This document shows, piece after piece, positions 22,810 through 33,521 of a stretch of DNA of 64,000 nt. Below the pieces are notes generated by a model. The model worked only from the letters and a program-made list of their open reading frames with translations. It was not told where the DNA came from and did not search any database. This stretch comes from TPA_inf: Saccharomyces. Lineage: Eukaryota. The number at the start of each line of letters is the position of its first letter. The stretch's first letter is position 1. The translations under genes and the position numbers were made by a program. The stretch lies in contig BK006947.3 of NCBI GenBank assembly GCA_000146045.2, positions 96,001 to 160,000 of the forward strand, in the 5' to 3' direction.

Positions 22810-23267
22810 GGATAGATACCACACATACCTCAGGCATAACATAGATAAACCAGTACATGTATATCTATATCTATATTTATATATAGACAAACAGCATTAA
22901 TTAACTATAACAAAGTTTCTAGTAACACTAACGGTAGTAGTAGATTTCTCTTTTTTGTCCTCGTTGTTAAAAAACGAAAGAAGAATGAAAAAAAAAAAAA
23001 AAAACAGAAGAGTAATAGCTAGTGCTTTAGAGCTTTCCACATTTTGACCGCACTTGTAGACAGCCACTCTTGCGTTGCCACTCGACATTACATGAACAAC
23101 TGTTCTTCTCCCTGTAGCCTTAGCTTACTTCAAACTTTTTTCGTTTAGCGGGGAAAATACATCACTGAAGTAATTTTTAGATCACTCGTGGCGTAAAAGT
23201 AAGCATATCGCAATAATCATACTCATATCCTTTATCATCCAAAAAGTAGTAATAGCGCTGGCAAGGC

Positions 23268-24998
23268 ATGTCGAATGAGAGCACACGAGTTACCGTTAGT
23301 CGCGGTTGTACAGCCTCCGACGAGTGTGCGCAAGCATTGGAACGGACAAACGATGAGCTAGACAGAGAATCATCGGTATCAGAAAGTAGAAGTGATGAAG
23401 AGAGCCACGAGAAGTTATCCCGACGTCGATTCCCGACGCTAGGTATAGGCATATGGCTCGATTTGAAGGACAGAATACCGTATTACAAGTCAGATTGGGT
23501 AGATGCGTTTAATTACAGAGTTATTCCCTCTATTGTTGACACCTACTTTAATAACCTGCTACCTGCAATAGCCTTTGCGCAAGATATGTTTGATAGGACT
23601 GATAATTCCTATGGTGTGAACGAAGTACTTCTATCCAGTGCAATGGCTGGAATTGTTTTTGGAGTTCTTGGTGGACAGCCCTTATGTATAGTGGGTGTTA
23701 CTGGCCCCATCTCTATTTTTAATTATACGGTCTACGAAATTATAAAGCCTTTGAATACCAGCTATTTTGGCTTCATGTTTTGGATTTGTATGTGGTCTAT
23801 GATTTTTCATTTAGTTTTAGCATTTACGAACGCCGTTTGCCTCTTGCAATACGTGACTACGTTCCCATGTGACATATTTGGATTATTTATTAATGTGGTC
23901 TACATTCAAAAAGGAATACAAATTTTAACAAGACAGTTCAGTGCTAAATCAGGGGAGAAATCAGTACAAGACGGATTTGCTAGTGTCGTGGTGGCGCTGG
24001 TTATGACTGCGTTTGGTCTTTTCTTTAAATTATTTCATTATTACCCCCTCTTTTCTCATAGGATCAGAACATTCATATCTGATTATTCAACTGCGCTTTC
24101 AGTGCTATTCTGGTCATCATTTACACATTTTGGTGGCTACTTGCATGATGTCAAATTTAAAAAATTGCCTATTACGAAAGCTTTTTTTCCTACTTCCAAA
24201 GTCAATAGGCCTCAAAATACTTGGCTGGCATATGAACCGATTCCTGTTAAAGACGTCTTTATTGCCCTACCATTTGGTATATTTTTAACAATCTTGTTTT
24301 ACTTTGATCATAACGTATCGTCGCTAATGGCACAAAGGCATCAGTATAAGCTGAAAAAACCATCCTCTTTTCATTACGATTTCGCACTATTGGGACTTAC
24401 CACTTGCATCAGCGGGGTTCTAGGAATCCCGGCGCCCAATGGTTTGATTCCTCAAGCACCATTGCACACAGAGACACTGCTAGTTAGGGATTCAAACCAA
24501 AAGGTTATCAGTTGCGTAGAGCAAAGATTTACAAATACGTTTCAGGGCCTGATGATTCTAGGGACAATGACAAGACCGTTATTGGTATGCTTAGGAGAAA
24601 TCCCTCAGGCAGTACTTTCCGGATTGTTTTTCATTATGGGCATCAATGGCCTAATGACAAATAGTATTATACAACGGTTGGTTTTCCTGTTTTCAGACCC
24701 TAACAGAAGAGATAATACTTCACCTTTAATGAAAGTATCCAAGAAGTCAATGCTGATATTTCTTTCCTTTAGCCTGACGGGGTTTGCTGGTGAATTTGCT
24801 ATCACAAATACTATAGCGGCCATCGGCTTTCCCTTAGTATTGCTTTTAAGTGTGTTAGTTTCTTTCTCGTTTGCTTATATTTTCCCGACTGAAGAATTAA
24901 AGATTCTCGATACTAATGTGGCACAAAAATTTACCATTAAAAATTTGTTATTGGAAAATATTCGTGATGCAAAGTTCTGTGATAAGCATGAAGACTAA
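23268..24998 (+). CDS. BOR1: Boron efflux transporter, SLC4 / band-3 bicarbonate-transporter family (576 aa)
   Basis: Multi-pass membrane protein showing SLC4 family conservation. Confidence 0.85.
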   Translation: MSNESTRVTVSRGCTASDECAQALERTNDELDRESSVSESRSDEESHEKLSRRRFPTLGIGIWLDLKDRIPYYKSDWVDAFNYRVIPSIVDTYFNNLLPAIAFAQDMFDRTDNSYGVNEVLLSSAMAGIVFGVLGGQPLCIVGVTGPISIFNYTVYEIIKPLNTSYFGFMFWICMWSMIFHLVLAFTNAVCLLQYVTTFPCDIFGLFINVVYIQKGIQILTRQFSAKSGEKSVQDGFASVVVALVMTAFGLFFKLFHYYPLFSHRIRTFISDYSTALSVLFWSSFTHFGGYLHDVKFKKLPITKAFFPTSKVNRPQNTWLAYEPIPVKDVFIALPFGIFLTILFYFDHNVSSLMAQRHQYKLKKPSSFHYDFALLGLTTCISGVLGIPAPNGLIPQAPLHTETLLVRDSNQKVISCVEQRFTNTFQGLMILGTMTRPLLVCLGEIPQAVLSGLFFIMGINGLMTNSIIQRLVFLFSDPNRRDNTSPLMKVSKKSMLIFLSFSLTGFAGEFAITNTIAAIGFPLVLLLSVLVSFSFAYIFPTEELKILDTNVAQKFTIKNLLLENIRDAKFCDKHED

Positions 24999-25117
24999 AC
25001 GCAGTTAGGATGTACAAAAGTCAACCACTTGTAATATATAGAAATTAATTGCATATATAAGAAGTATAATAATATTATCGCATTTCGAAAGGAAGAATAA
25101 AACTATGGATCTTGTAG

Positions 25118-26170
25118 TCAAACTAATGGCTTAGATTCATTGGGCCAGTCTTCATTTTGTAATTCCGGAACAATAGTCAAGACTTTCCCGGTCAATATCA
25201 CATTCTTTGCATTTTCAACGACCAGTTCTTCCATTTTCTTTCTTGTTTCTACACTATGTGTGCCCATATGAGGCAGTCCTAAGACTTGGGACATCGATAA
25301 TAACTCTTTGGATATTTTTGGCTCATATTCGAAAACGTCCAAACCAGCACTTCTAATCTTTCCAGAACGCAAAGCATCAGTCATGGCTTGTTCGTCTATC
25401 ACGGCACCACGCGCTGTGTTAACAATAACTACACCATCTTTCATTTTTTCAATAGTCTCTGCATTGATTAGATGGTGAGTATTGTGGTTCAGTGGGACGT
25501 TTACAGATACTATATCAGAACGCTTCAAAAACTCCTCGAATCCTACATATTCACAACCATGCTCTTCTTCGGAAGGAAGCTGGTGTCTGTTATGATATAT
25601 GAAATTCTCGAACCCAAACGGCTTCAATCTCTCTAAAATACAACGACCAATCCTACCTAGACCCAGTATACCAACTGTTTTCCCTTCAGGGTCGTATCCA
25701 AAGGGAGAACCACATGCGGGTCCTGCCTCCGGCCAGTTTCCCTCGATCAACCTTCTGTTACCAATACCGAAGTTTCTTAGGGCACCCAATAGCAAAAATA
25801 CATGCGTATCAGCGGTAGCATTGCTAACTAAATCAGGAACATTGGCAACCTGGATGTGCCTTTTCTTGAATGGCTCAACATCAATTTGGTCATAACCAGC
25901 ACCAGTATGACATACAGCCACTACGGAGGAGGGCAAAGCAAGAGCAAGCTCTTCATCAAATCTACCGGTGTTTTTCACACTCCTTGCTGTTCTAGTAATG
26001 ACTTGTACTTGGGAGAGCTTATTTTGTGGGTCTTTTACCTCCCGCAAAAACTGTTCTCTAGTGGTGGATTCAGGGATGGTAATTACATCCGCAATCTTTT
26101 CCAATTCCCCCCAGGCTTGGTCACCAAAGGCATCCTTTCCTAATTTCAAAACAATTGGTTTCTTACTCAT
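25118..26170 (-). CDS. GOR1: Glyoxylate reductase / D-isomer-specific 2-hydroxyacid dehydrogenase (350 aa)
   Basis: NAD-binding motif GILGLGRIGRCI and the catalytic R...E...H arrangement. The start is taken at MSKKPIVLKLG, 20 codons inside the ORF-track entry. Confidence 0.85.
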   Translation of the reverse strand: MSKKPIVLKLGKDAFGDQAWGELEKIADVITIPESTTREQFLREVKDPQNKLSQVQVITRTARSVKNTGRFDEELALALPSSVVAVCHTGAGYDQIDVEPFKKRHIQVANVPDLVSNATADTHVFLLLGALRNFGIGNRRLIEGNWPEAGPACGSPFGYDPEGKTVGILGLGRIGRCILERLKPFGFENFIYHNRHQLPSEEEHGCEYVGFEEFLKRSDIVSVNVPLNHNTHHLINAETIEKMKDGVVIVNTARGAVIDEQAMTDALRSGKIRSAGLDVFEYEPKISKELLSMSQVLGLPHMGTHSVETRKKMEELVVENAKNVILTGKVLTIVPELQNEDWPNESKPLV

Positions 26171-26727
26171 ATTCTCTTCTCCTCTTCTTGCTCGTTTATG
26201 TATTGTTAATACTTCGGTATTGTAGAGCAATAATCATGTAGAAGGATTTCCCTAACGTAACAACAAGGCCAATAGAATTTACTTTTTATATGCTCGAGAT
26301 TAGTGAAAAATGGGATAAGATTGCCTTGTTATCCCCGCCCCCTGCCAAGACTTTTGCAGATTTTAAGTCCGCTCTCGGTCCTACGTAATAAATGCCTGGA
26401 GAAGCTCTAGAGCTAATTGCGTCGTCCTTCAGGAATTCTGAAGACCACAGCAACGCAATCAGATGGCGGAACCACATTATGAAGCCAAGTGAGGTGTATA
26501 CAGAGTTATACGTACTTTTCATCCATCCCCGCTCGGTTTCACCGTTCATAACGCTGGTTTTCACTGCCACTTCTCATATCAAGTCAGCGAAATAACCAGT
26601 AGTTGTCCTGTATATAGGCATCCCTACCGTTTGCTTTAGGAAGCTGTTCTGTGTTACTATCACAACTGGGTAGTGCCCTGTATGAATTGCTTCCCTGTGG
26701 AAATGGCCCTTCCATTATGCTACTTTG

Positions 26728-26752
26728 ACGCGTTTACTGCCGCATTACGCGT
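26728..26752. promoter_or_regulatory. Two MCB (MluI cell-cycle box, ACGCGT) elements upstream of TOF1
   Basis: ACGCGT at 26728-26733 and 26747-26752, 130-155 bp upstream of the TOF1 ATG. This is typical for G1/S (MBF) replication genes. Confidence 0.6.
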
Positions 26753-26882
26753 TTACGATGAAAAATTAAAATGAGTATTAAGGATTTTTCAAATGAGATA
26801 TGGTTCGTAAGTCGCCTCACATATGATAATACCATCTAGCTTGTGGGGTTTAGTGTATCTTTAATATAGGAGGGCGCACACT

Positions 26883-29800
26883 ATGTCTGCTGATTTGCAA
26901 CAAGGCACTACAAATGCGGCTGATTTCTCTCTGACGGTACTTAGAGCAAGAATTGCTTTATTGGCAACTGCCATCGGTGGGCCGGATTATACTTCCCAGA
27001 TAGACCCACCCCCTTATAAGCTTGGCGATGACTGTTTGGCGTGCTTAAAAGATCTGAAAAGATGGTTTAAACTAGTGGATGACCAGCAGAAAAGATGGGA
27101 TGTGGCAATGGCAGTAGCTGAATATCGCATCTTGACGGATGATCTGTTACCTATTCTGATAGATTGGGAAAACAAATGTTCTCTTGCAGCAAAGCTTGCA
27201 AAGAACAACCCAGACCATGAAGAGTTTAGAAACAAAGCTTATTACGATAAAATTGCGCTAAATTGTCTACAACTATTGGTCCTTATGACTTGGCCTTTAA
27301 TTGTAACTGAACAGTCTTCATCAAATCAAATTACTCTCTATGGTGAGCTAAAGAAGCATCAATTGGTATACAAGAAAACGATTCTGTCTATGGAAAGTGG
27401 TAAAGTGTTAAGAGCTGCCATTAGATTGGCTCTGGATGTTATCAAAATCGACCGATTATCAAGAACTCCTAGGGACAATATGGTTCTCAAATTGGTTTTG
27501 AATTTTTTCAGAAATGTCATTGCTATAGAACCCGGTGAATTTACTATCAATACTAAGAAAAGCATGCCTAAGAAAGGTATCACATCTATCGATACTTTGC
27601 CACCAAACGTCTCTATGGATGACATCTCTTTAAATACGGTTATTTCCTCATTCCATAAAAACAAGGTATTCGGTTTCCTCTTAACGCTGACCAGCTCCTT
27701 ATCAAAAGAGTTTGACCAGGACTTTATCAATATCCCACTGTTGGAGATTATGTTCTACTTCACTAAAGATGTTAACCAAGAACTGCTATTCCCTCGACAG
27801 TTCGAAACCGGGACACATTCAAAGGTGGTAAATAAAAATGAGAGCTCCTCTGCTAATAACATTGTTACAAGTGCAGGTTTTGAACTATCGAAGTTATTAC
27901 AAAAGGAACACCAAATGAGAAAAAACGTTATCAAGCATACATCTGCAAGACACTCCAGATTTGGTGGTCTTTTATCTATACAAACACCAGATAAAACTAG
28001 GTTAACTGTTTCTGGTAGCCAAGCTCTCGTAGATGAAAAAATAGCGCTCCAAAAACTAGATGACAGCAAAAAATGGAATAAAAGAATAATTAAAAAGCAT
28101 CAATCTGTCGCAGCTGAGGGCTTACCGAATAGTCTCTTGAATTCACAAACCGGTAAAGCTATTTTTTTCACCGAATCAAATGGTAAACATTTCAAAGAAT
28201 TCATCAACAACTTTATAGATTCCGGCTTTAACATCTTGTTGCATAGTGTGACGAACTACTTCACAACTGAGCAGGATAGGATGGTAACTTTGGAGCAAGT
28301 CGAATATTTACTTTTCTTTGCATGGTTTGTTAAATACCAGTTGTTGAGGTCCAAAATCGACAATTCCGCAGATATAAAGCAAGTTTCAGAAGCCTTGAAA
28401 GAGGTGACTTTCATTCTAGTGTCTTCTCTTTTAAGAAGCGCATATGACCTGAAAAATTGGACAGTGACACATGCTGGTATGATTGCATTTAATGAACTGT
28501 TGAACCTCGTTTCCCGTACAAAGGCCGCTCAAGAAGAGGATTCGACCGATATAGAATTCATTGTAAGTAGGCTTTTCAGTGACGAGAGAATACAATTACT
28601 GTCAAATCTGCCGAAGATTGGTTCCAAATACTCCCTCCAATTCATGAAAAGTTGCATTGAACTAACACACTCGGTATTGAAAGTATTAGAGCAATACTCT
28701 GACGATAAAACATTAGTTATTGAAGGCAAATCAAGACGGCAAAAAAAGTTTAATATTTCAGAAGGTGATATTACTAAATTGATAGAAGAAGAAAATGTAG
28801 ATAGAGATGAAGCGCTTGATATTCTAACCTCTTCTTTAAGAAGTATAGAAGTCAATTTTCAAAAGGTGCAAGCCAACTATATGACAGAACCGGTAATAGA
28901 AACGTACATTAATTTCCTTGAAAGATTTCGTGAGCTTGAGGACGATTCCATTAAAAAAGTATTTTCCTTTTTCCATAGAGTATTTGTTCAGGCAAAAGAA
29001 CAGGCATTGTTATTTAGATTTGATTTGATAATATTATTAAGAGAAATGCTTTCACCTGACGGATTAGATAGAATGTCTCGTTCAAGGAAATATGTGAGTC
29101 AATTTTCAGACTACTTCCTCGCCAGGTTGAAGAAAAGGTTAAAGAAATCACCTGCTTGGTTTGTTGGATTACTTTTCCCGCCATTACACAATAGTGAAGT
29201 AGGATTTTACCAAAGATATGGTGAATATAATGTACTTAATAATGAATCAATGTATGCCGCTCCTGCATCACAGTTCAAACCAATTCCCGATGAAGAAGCC
29301 TTACCACCTTCGATTTTGTTGGATATGAAATATGGTGTTTTAGTTTCCACATTACTTGATGATGGAAAAACTGAACTATTGGACCAACTGCTCAAGCATA
29401 TAACCCACACACTAGATATTTTTAAGTCGTGGCTAACCGTAAATGTTAATGCTGGGAAAGAAACAGTTAATCCACCCAATGAATATTTCACATTGACAGG
29501 TGTACTCAACAACGACCCTATTTTTAAAGATAAGGACTACAGGGCTTTATTGTTGCTGATAGGATACTCCATTCCACGTAAAATCAATGAACCTTGTTTT
29601 TTACCGGGGACTGTTGAAGTTTCTGACCTGACTGTTTCTTGTGAACTAGTGAAAAAATACTTATCAACACCATTTGAAACTCCAAACGGACTGCCTTCTT
29701 CTTCCTATCTTCTACGAGTTCGTTCAGAAAAGGATAGTTTTTCTCACAATGAACAAGATGGATGGGAAGGAGACGATGATTATGATTACAACGATCCCTA

Positions 29801-30599
29801 CATTGTTCCAGATGATCAAATTTTATCGAAAAGCGACGCAGCATACTTCAAGGATTTAGATAACAATGCATCAGATAAACTTAAAGGTACCAAATTCAGT
29901 AAAGGGATTGCGAGATCCAAAAAAAAAGATAAGAGGAAGCGTAGGAAAGGAGAAGCCAAGACTAATTTGCCAATGTTTGGCGACCAGGATGATGAACGAC
30001 CTCAGACCGTTAGAGAACGCCATGGCGTATTCAGTAAAGAGTTTATTAGTGATTCAGAAGATGACGAGGATTTGATGAACCCTATATTTTTTGAAAACGA
30101 AACATATATGAGATGGTTACTAGATAAAAACAATGGTCAGTTGACCGAGGATAGATATATCCAGTTTGCCAAATTTGCCGCGGAAAGGATGAATAATGGG
30201 GGTGTTGTGACAGGAGATTATACGAGCTTGTTTGGTGGATCCATACCAAGTATTGAAAGCATAAGAGCTACAGAAAGTAGTTCCTTTGCGCCAGATAAAA
30301 GCCTCATTTCTTTAGCAAGCCACGTGGCATCTGAAATGTCTATTTTCGATGTAAATAATAACAATAATAATCAACTCTCTGATGACGATGTCAACTCGGA
30401 ATCAAGAAATAGTTTGGGCTCATCACAGCCATCAAATTCGCAAAATATGTTCCAATCTGAGGTGTATAGCAGAAAAGAATCTACAAAGCGTTCTTTGGAA
30501 GCGAGTGCAGCCGATGAAAGCGATGAAGATGAAGAGGCCATCCGCCTTTTTGGCAAAAAGTCTAGAGTTGTTTTGAGCCAAGGTGATAGTGATGATTGA
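26883..30599 (+). CDS. TOF1: Replication fork protection / pausing complex subunit, Timeless homologue (1238 aa)
   Basis: Conserved Timeless N-terminal region with an acidic C-terminal tail. Length matches Tof1. Confidence 0.8.
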   Translation: MSADLQQGTTNAADFSLTVLRARIALLATAIGGPDYTSQIDPPPYKLGDDCLACLKDLKRWFKLVDDQQKRWDVAMAVAEYRILTDDLLPILIDWENKCSLAAKLAKNNPDHEEFRNKAYYDKIALNCLQLLVLMTWPLIVTEQSSSNQITLYGELKKHQLVYKKTILSMESGKVLRAAIRLALDVIKIDRLSRTPRDNMVLKLVLNFFRNVIAIEPGEFTINTKKSMPKKGITSIDTLPPNVSMDDISLNTVISSFHKNKVFGFLLTLTSSLSKEFDQDFINIPLLEIMFYFTKDVNQELLFPRQFETGTHSKVVNKNESSSANNIVTSAGFELSKLLQKEHQMRKNVIKHTSARHSRFGGLLSIQTPDKTRLTVSGSQALVDEKIALQKLDDSKKWNKRIIKKHQSVAAEGLPNSLLNSQTGKAIFFTESNGKHFKEFINNFIDSGFNILLHSVTNYFTTEQDRMVTLEQVEYLLFFAWFVKYQLLRSKIDNSADIKQVSEALKEVTFILVSSLLRSAYDLKNWTVTHAGMIAFNELLNLVSRTKAAQEEDSTDIEFIVSRLFSDERIQLLSNLPKIGSKYSLQFMKSCIELTHSVLKVLEQYSDDKTLVIEGKSRRQKKFNISEGDITKLIEEENVDRDEALDILTSSLRSIEVNFQKVQANYMTEPVIETYINFLERFRELEDDSIKKVFSFFHRVFVQAKEQALLFRFDLIILLREMLSPDGLDRMSRSRKYVSQFSDYFLARLKKRLKKSPAWFVGLLFPPLHNSEVGFYQRYGEYNVLNNESMYAAPASQFKPIPDEEALPPSILLDMKYGVLVSTLLDDGKTELLDQLLKHITHTLDIFKSWLTVNVNAGKETVNPPNEYFTLTGVLNNDPIFKDKDYRALLLLIGYSIPRKINEPCFLPGTVEVSDLTVSCELVKKYLSTPFETPNGLPSSSYLLRVRSEKDSFSHNEQDGWEGDDDYDYNDPYIVPDDQILSKSDAAYFKDLDNNASDKLKGTKFSKGIARSKKKDKRKRRKGEAKTNLPMFGDQDDERPQTVRERHGVFSKEFISDSEDDEDLMNPIFFENETYMRWLLDKNNGQLTEDRYIQFAKFAAERMNNGGVVTGDYTSLFGGSIPSIESIRATESSSFAPDKSLISLASHVASEMSIFDVNNNNNNQLSDDDVNSESRNSLGSSQPSNSQNMFQSEVYSRKESTKRSLEASAADESDEDEEAIRLFGKKSRVVLSQGDSDD

Positions 30600-30804
30600 G
30601 AATGAATATGTAGTAATTAATCCCTTTAATACGTGTAATTTTAGAACCACTTCTTTACTCTGTTTTTAAGTTCAAAGTATTGACATAATATTAAAACAAT
30701 ACATGCGATTCATTCTTTATCATTACCTATATTTTTCTAAGTTGTTGAACATCTTAAGGAACTCAAATGTCCATTAGGACACATAAAATTAAATATTATA
30801 TAAT

Positions 30805-33084
30805 TTATTGCTGTTCCTGGGCATCATCGAAATTGTCATCATTGCTTGAAGACGCATGCAATCCGCTACTAGGACTATTTTCCCCTATTTGTTCTTGGGT
30901 TTTGTCGCCTATCGTCAAGTTTGTCTTTAAAGTTTTTTCATTATTATCCTTCTTAGAGTTCTCGTCTCCAGAAGATGCCCTCTTCGAGGATATATTTTGT
31001 TTTACATTAGACTCAGCGTTTTCAAATTCAGTCTGATCAATTGCGCTTTCTTCTCTAAATTGCTCTTCTAAATCATCCAAATCTTGGAGTAACTTCTTCT
31101 TTTGTATCTTGCGTTGAGGAGCCTTTTTCTTTATTATAGAACGACCTTTTTTATCTCCGCAATCGCTGTTTTCTTCATTATTATTTGCCGACTTAATGCT
31201 ACTTTTGTCATCTTTCGTTACCGTGTCATCACCTTCACCGTTGTCTATACTCTCTGGTGAACTAGAATCTGCGCTACTTGTAGTAGAATCTGCTAGAGAA
31301 GATTCATCTTCTGATGAACTATCTGCGGTTGAATTATCTGTGGAAGACCCATCTGAAGAGGATTCATCACTTGAAGATTCACCCGTAATTTCATTTTCCA
31401 TATCTCCACTTTCAAAGTCAAAAGCGTCGCTCTTTTGACTTTCTTCTGCGCTAGATGAAGAAAAAGGTCTTTTTGCGTCCTGCTTCCAAAGAGCTTTGTC
31501 CTGCAAGCGAACCGATATAGCATCGTTTTGATCCTCATCGCTGTCATCCTCAACTAACGGTCCAATTTTTGAAGAAATTGAATCATCCACTGCCCATATG
31601 CCAATATGAGTCCAATGAAGTATACAACGCAATTTACACAATTGCAGCCATGCTCTTTGAATATTAGTGGTAGGTTGTCCTGGCTTTGCATTTGTTTCAG
31701 AAGAAAAAATCTCCATCTTTGGCTTATTTTTTGTTGAAGAATTGATACCAAGTCCTGCCATAAAACTTAAACGTTTGGTTTTTTTGTCTTGAGAAGAAAC
31801 CCTGCCGTCTCTTTTGGTATGCTTCGTTACTTCAGAGAATTTTTCCAAATCTTCCTTGGTAATGTTCTGCGTCGTTAGCTTTTCTAAATGCCATGCGCCT
31901 ACCTTCAATGATCTCAGGAAAGCAAAGATTTCACATGTCTGCCGCAACTTTAGCAAACACCAATGACACAAGGGATACGTATTCGTAACTTGTTCTTTAC
32001 CGTCGTCAGTCTTGTGCAACGTTTTCAATATATACATCCTTGCGTGTTCGATAATGTCATCTCTAGATTCTCCACAAAAGGAACATGCGGCGTGCACTGC
32101 AACTGGAGGTGAATCTAAGGGAAACTTGAACATTTTTGGCATATTCGAAGTGGCTTGCTTTGCAGGGCTACTTGAGTTGTAGCCAATTTGGTAGGTTGCA
32201 TTAACGCCGCTTAGGGGTTCCACGACCACCAAACCATCTATAATCAAGGAAAGTAGGGTTTTTTTAACCAACCAGCCGATGCCTGAAGCATTATCAATCT
32301 TAAGTATAGGCTGGATTTCATCATTTACCAATCTTCGTATTAACTTTGATTCGGTTGAAGTTGCCTTTATGTTTTCACAACGGGGTAGTGCAGCGACAAA
32401 TTTTAGAAATTCATTGTAAAGGCTTATATCATAACGAATAGATGAAATGCTTGGCGAGTACACAATTCCGCTATAAATATCTTGGGAAGCAAGAGAATAT
32501 GAAGTTGGAACTTTATTCAAAGAAGTGCTAGAAGAAGTTGCTGAATCACTCAATATTGTGGAATATCTGTTCGAATTATTTGTGACTGTGCTTTCATTAT
32601 CTAAACTATGCATCACTTTTTTCAGATTCTTGAGCTGTAGGGTCAAAGTATCCAGTAATGTGTCCTTTTCACGCAGTTGTTCAGTGAGTCTCTTATTTAA
32701 GATTTCGATAGCATATTTCTCCTTTCTAGCATCAGCAACCATATTATTAGCCTCATCAAAGAGGGAAGCAGTCAGATCCTCAACTTCTTTATTTAGTTTA
32801 TCCGCTTCCTCTTCAGCTTTAGTTCGAAGCTCATTTTCTTTGGCTATATCTTCACGCAATCTTTTCACTTCGTCATCTCTGTCTGACAATTCTCTTTTTA
32901 AAGTGTTGTAATCTTCTTTCAACTGATTATAGTTTTCAATTGCTGCCTTCTGGCTGGCTATTGTTTTTAAGGATTTATTAAGCTGTTCTTCTAAGTGTGA
33001 CTGTTTATCCACGCTCTCGATCAATTGCGTAGACAGGGATGTAACCTGTATTGATACTCTTTTTGCTTCCTCAGAAGCATCCAT
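30805..33084 (-). CDS. SEC2: Guanine-nucleotide exchange factor for Sec4 (759 aa): N-terminal coiled coil and a Ser/Asp-rich acidic C-terminus
   Basis: Coiled-coil GEF region at MDASEEAKRVSIQVTSLSTQLIESVDKQSHLEEQLNKSLK... The start is taken 7 codons inside the ORF-track entry. Confidence 0.8.
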   Translation of the reverse strand: MDASEEAKRVSIQVTSLSTQLIESVDKQSHLEEQLNKSLKTIASQKAAIENYNQLKEDYNTLKRELSDRDDEVKRLREDIAKENELRTKAEEEADKLNKEVEDLTASLFDEANNMVADARKEKYAIEILNKRLTEQLREKDTLLDTLTLQLKNLKKVMHSLDNESTVTNNSNRYSTILSDSATSSSTSLNKVPTSYSLASQDIYSGIVYSPSISSIRYDISLYNEFLKFVAALPRCENIKATSTESKLIRRLVNDEIQPILKIDNASGIGWLVKKTLLSLIIDGLVVVEPLSGVNATYQIGYNSSSPAKQATSNMPKMFKFPLDSPPVAVHAACSFCGESRDDIIEHARMYILKTLHKTDDGKEQVTNTYPLCHWCLLKLRQTCEIFAFLRSLKVGAWHLEKLTTQNITKEDLEKFSEVTKHTKRDGRVSSQDKKTKRLSFMAGLGINSSTKNKPKMEIFSSETNAKPGQPTTNIQRAWLQLCKLRCILHWTHIGIWAVDDSISSKIGPLVEDDSDEDQNDAISVRLQDKALWKQDAKRPFSSSSAEESQKSDAFDFESGDMENEITGESSSDESSSDGSSTDNSTADSSSEDESSLADSTTSSADSSSPESIDNGEGDDTVTKDDKSSIKSANNNEENSDCGDKKGRSIIKKKAPQRKIQKKKLLQDLDDLEEQFREESAIDQTEFENAESNVKQNISSKRASSGDENSKKDNNEKTLKTNLTIGDKTQEQIGENSPSSGLHASSSNDDNFDDAQEQQ

Positions 33085-33521
33085 ATTGAAACCTTTATCA
33101 AACACAGCTAGTAAAGGAAAATATATCCCAGTGAACTAAAGGTCAAAATTTTCTACAACTTTTGGATGGAAATCAACGTTGCTACAGCTGCAAGTGACAA
33201 ATGATATTATTGCACGAATCACTGTGCTTGTCACTTAGGTAAACGAGAGCCATGTTTTAAAGGTGCTTCAGCGAACGCGAAATACAAGTTCCGGGTAGTC
33301 ACATGGAAACAATGGCACATAATAAAAGGAATTATTTCAAAAATGCAATAGTAGAGATCATTTGAGTAAAGATGAATGTAAAGTGTATCATAAGTGATCT
33401 ATAAACATTAAAATTATATATATATATGTGATTTAATGATTCGTGACTATTTCTTTGTACTAGTGCTTGTTTGGATGTTTGTTTTGGTATTACTGTTGTC
33501 ATAATTTTTTGGTTTAATATT

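Noticed and set aside
22431-22826. 131-aa minus-strand ORF, plus 21833-22159, 22166-22402 and 22297-22545
   Set aside because: Antisense to MET2 (YNL276C-type dubious ORF). No independent signals.
22718-23088. 60-aa plus-strand and 63-aa minus-strand small ORFs between MET2 and BOR1
   Set aside because: One overlaps the MET2 3' end. The other is a poly-Phe translation of an A18 tract. A small annotated ORF may exist here, but the sequence alone gives no support.
31196-31438. 80-aa ORF, plus 32525-32911 (128 aa) and 30767-31036
   Set aside because: Antisense to the SEC2 acidic/Ser-rich and coiled-coil regions. Low-complexity artefacts.
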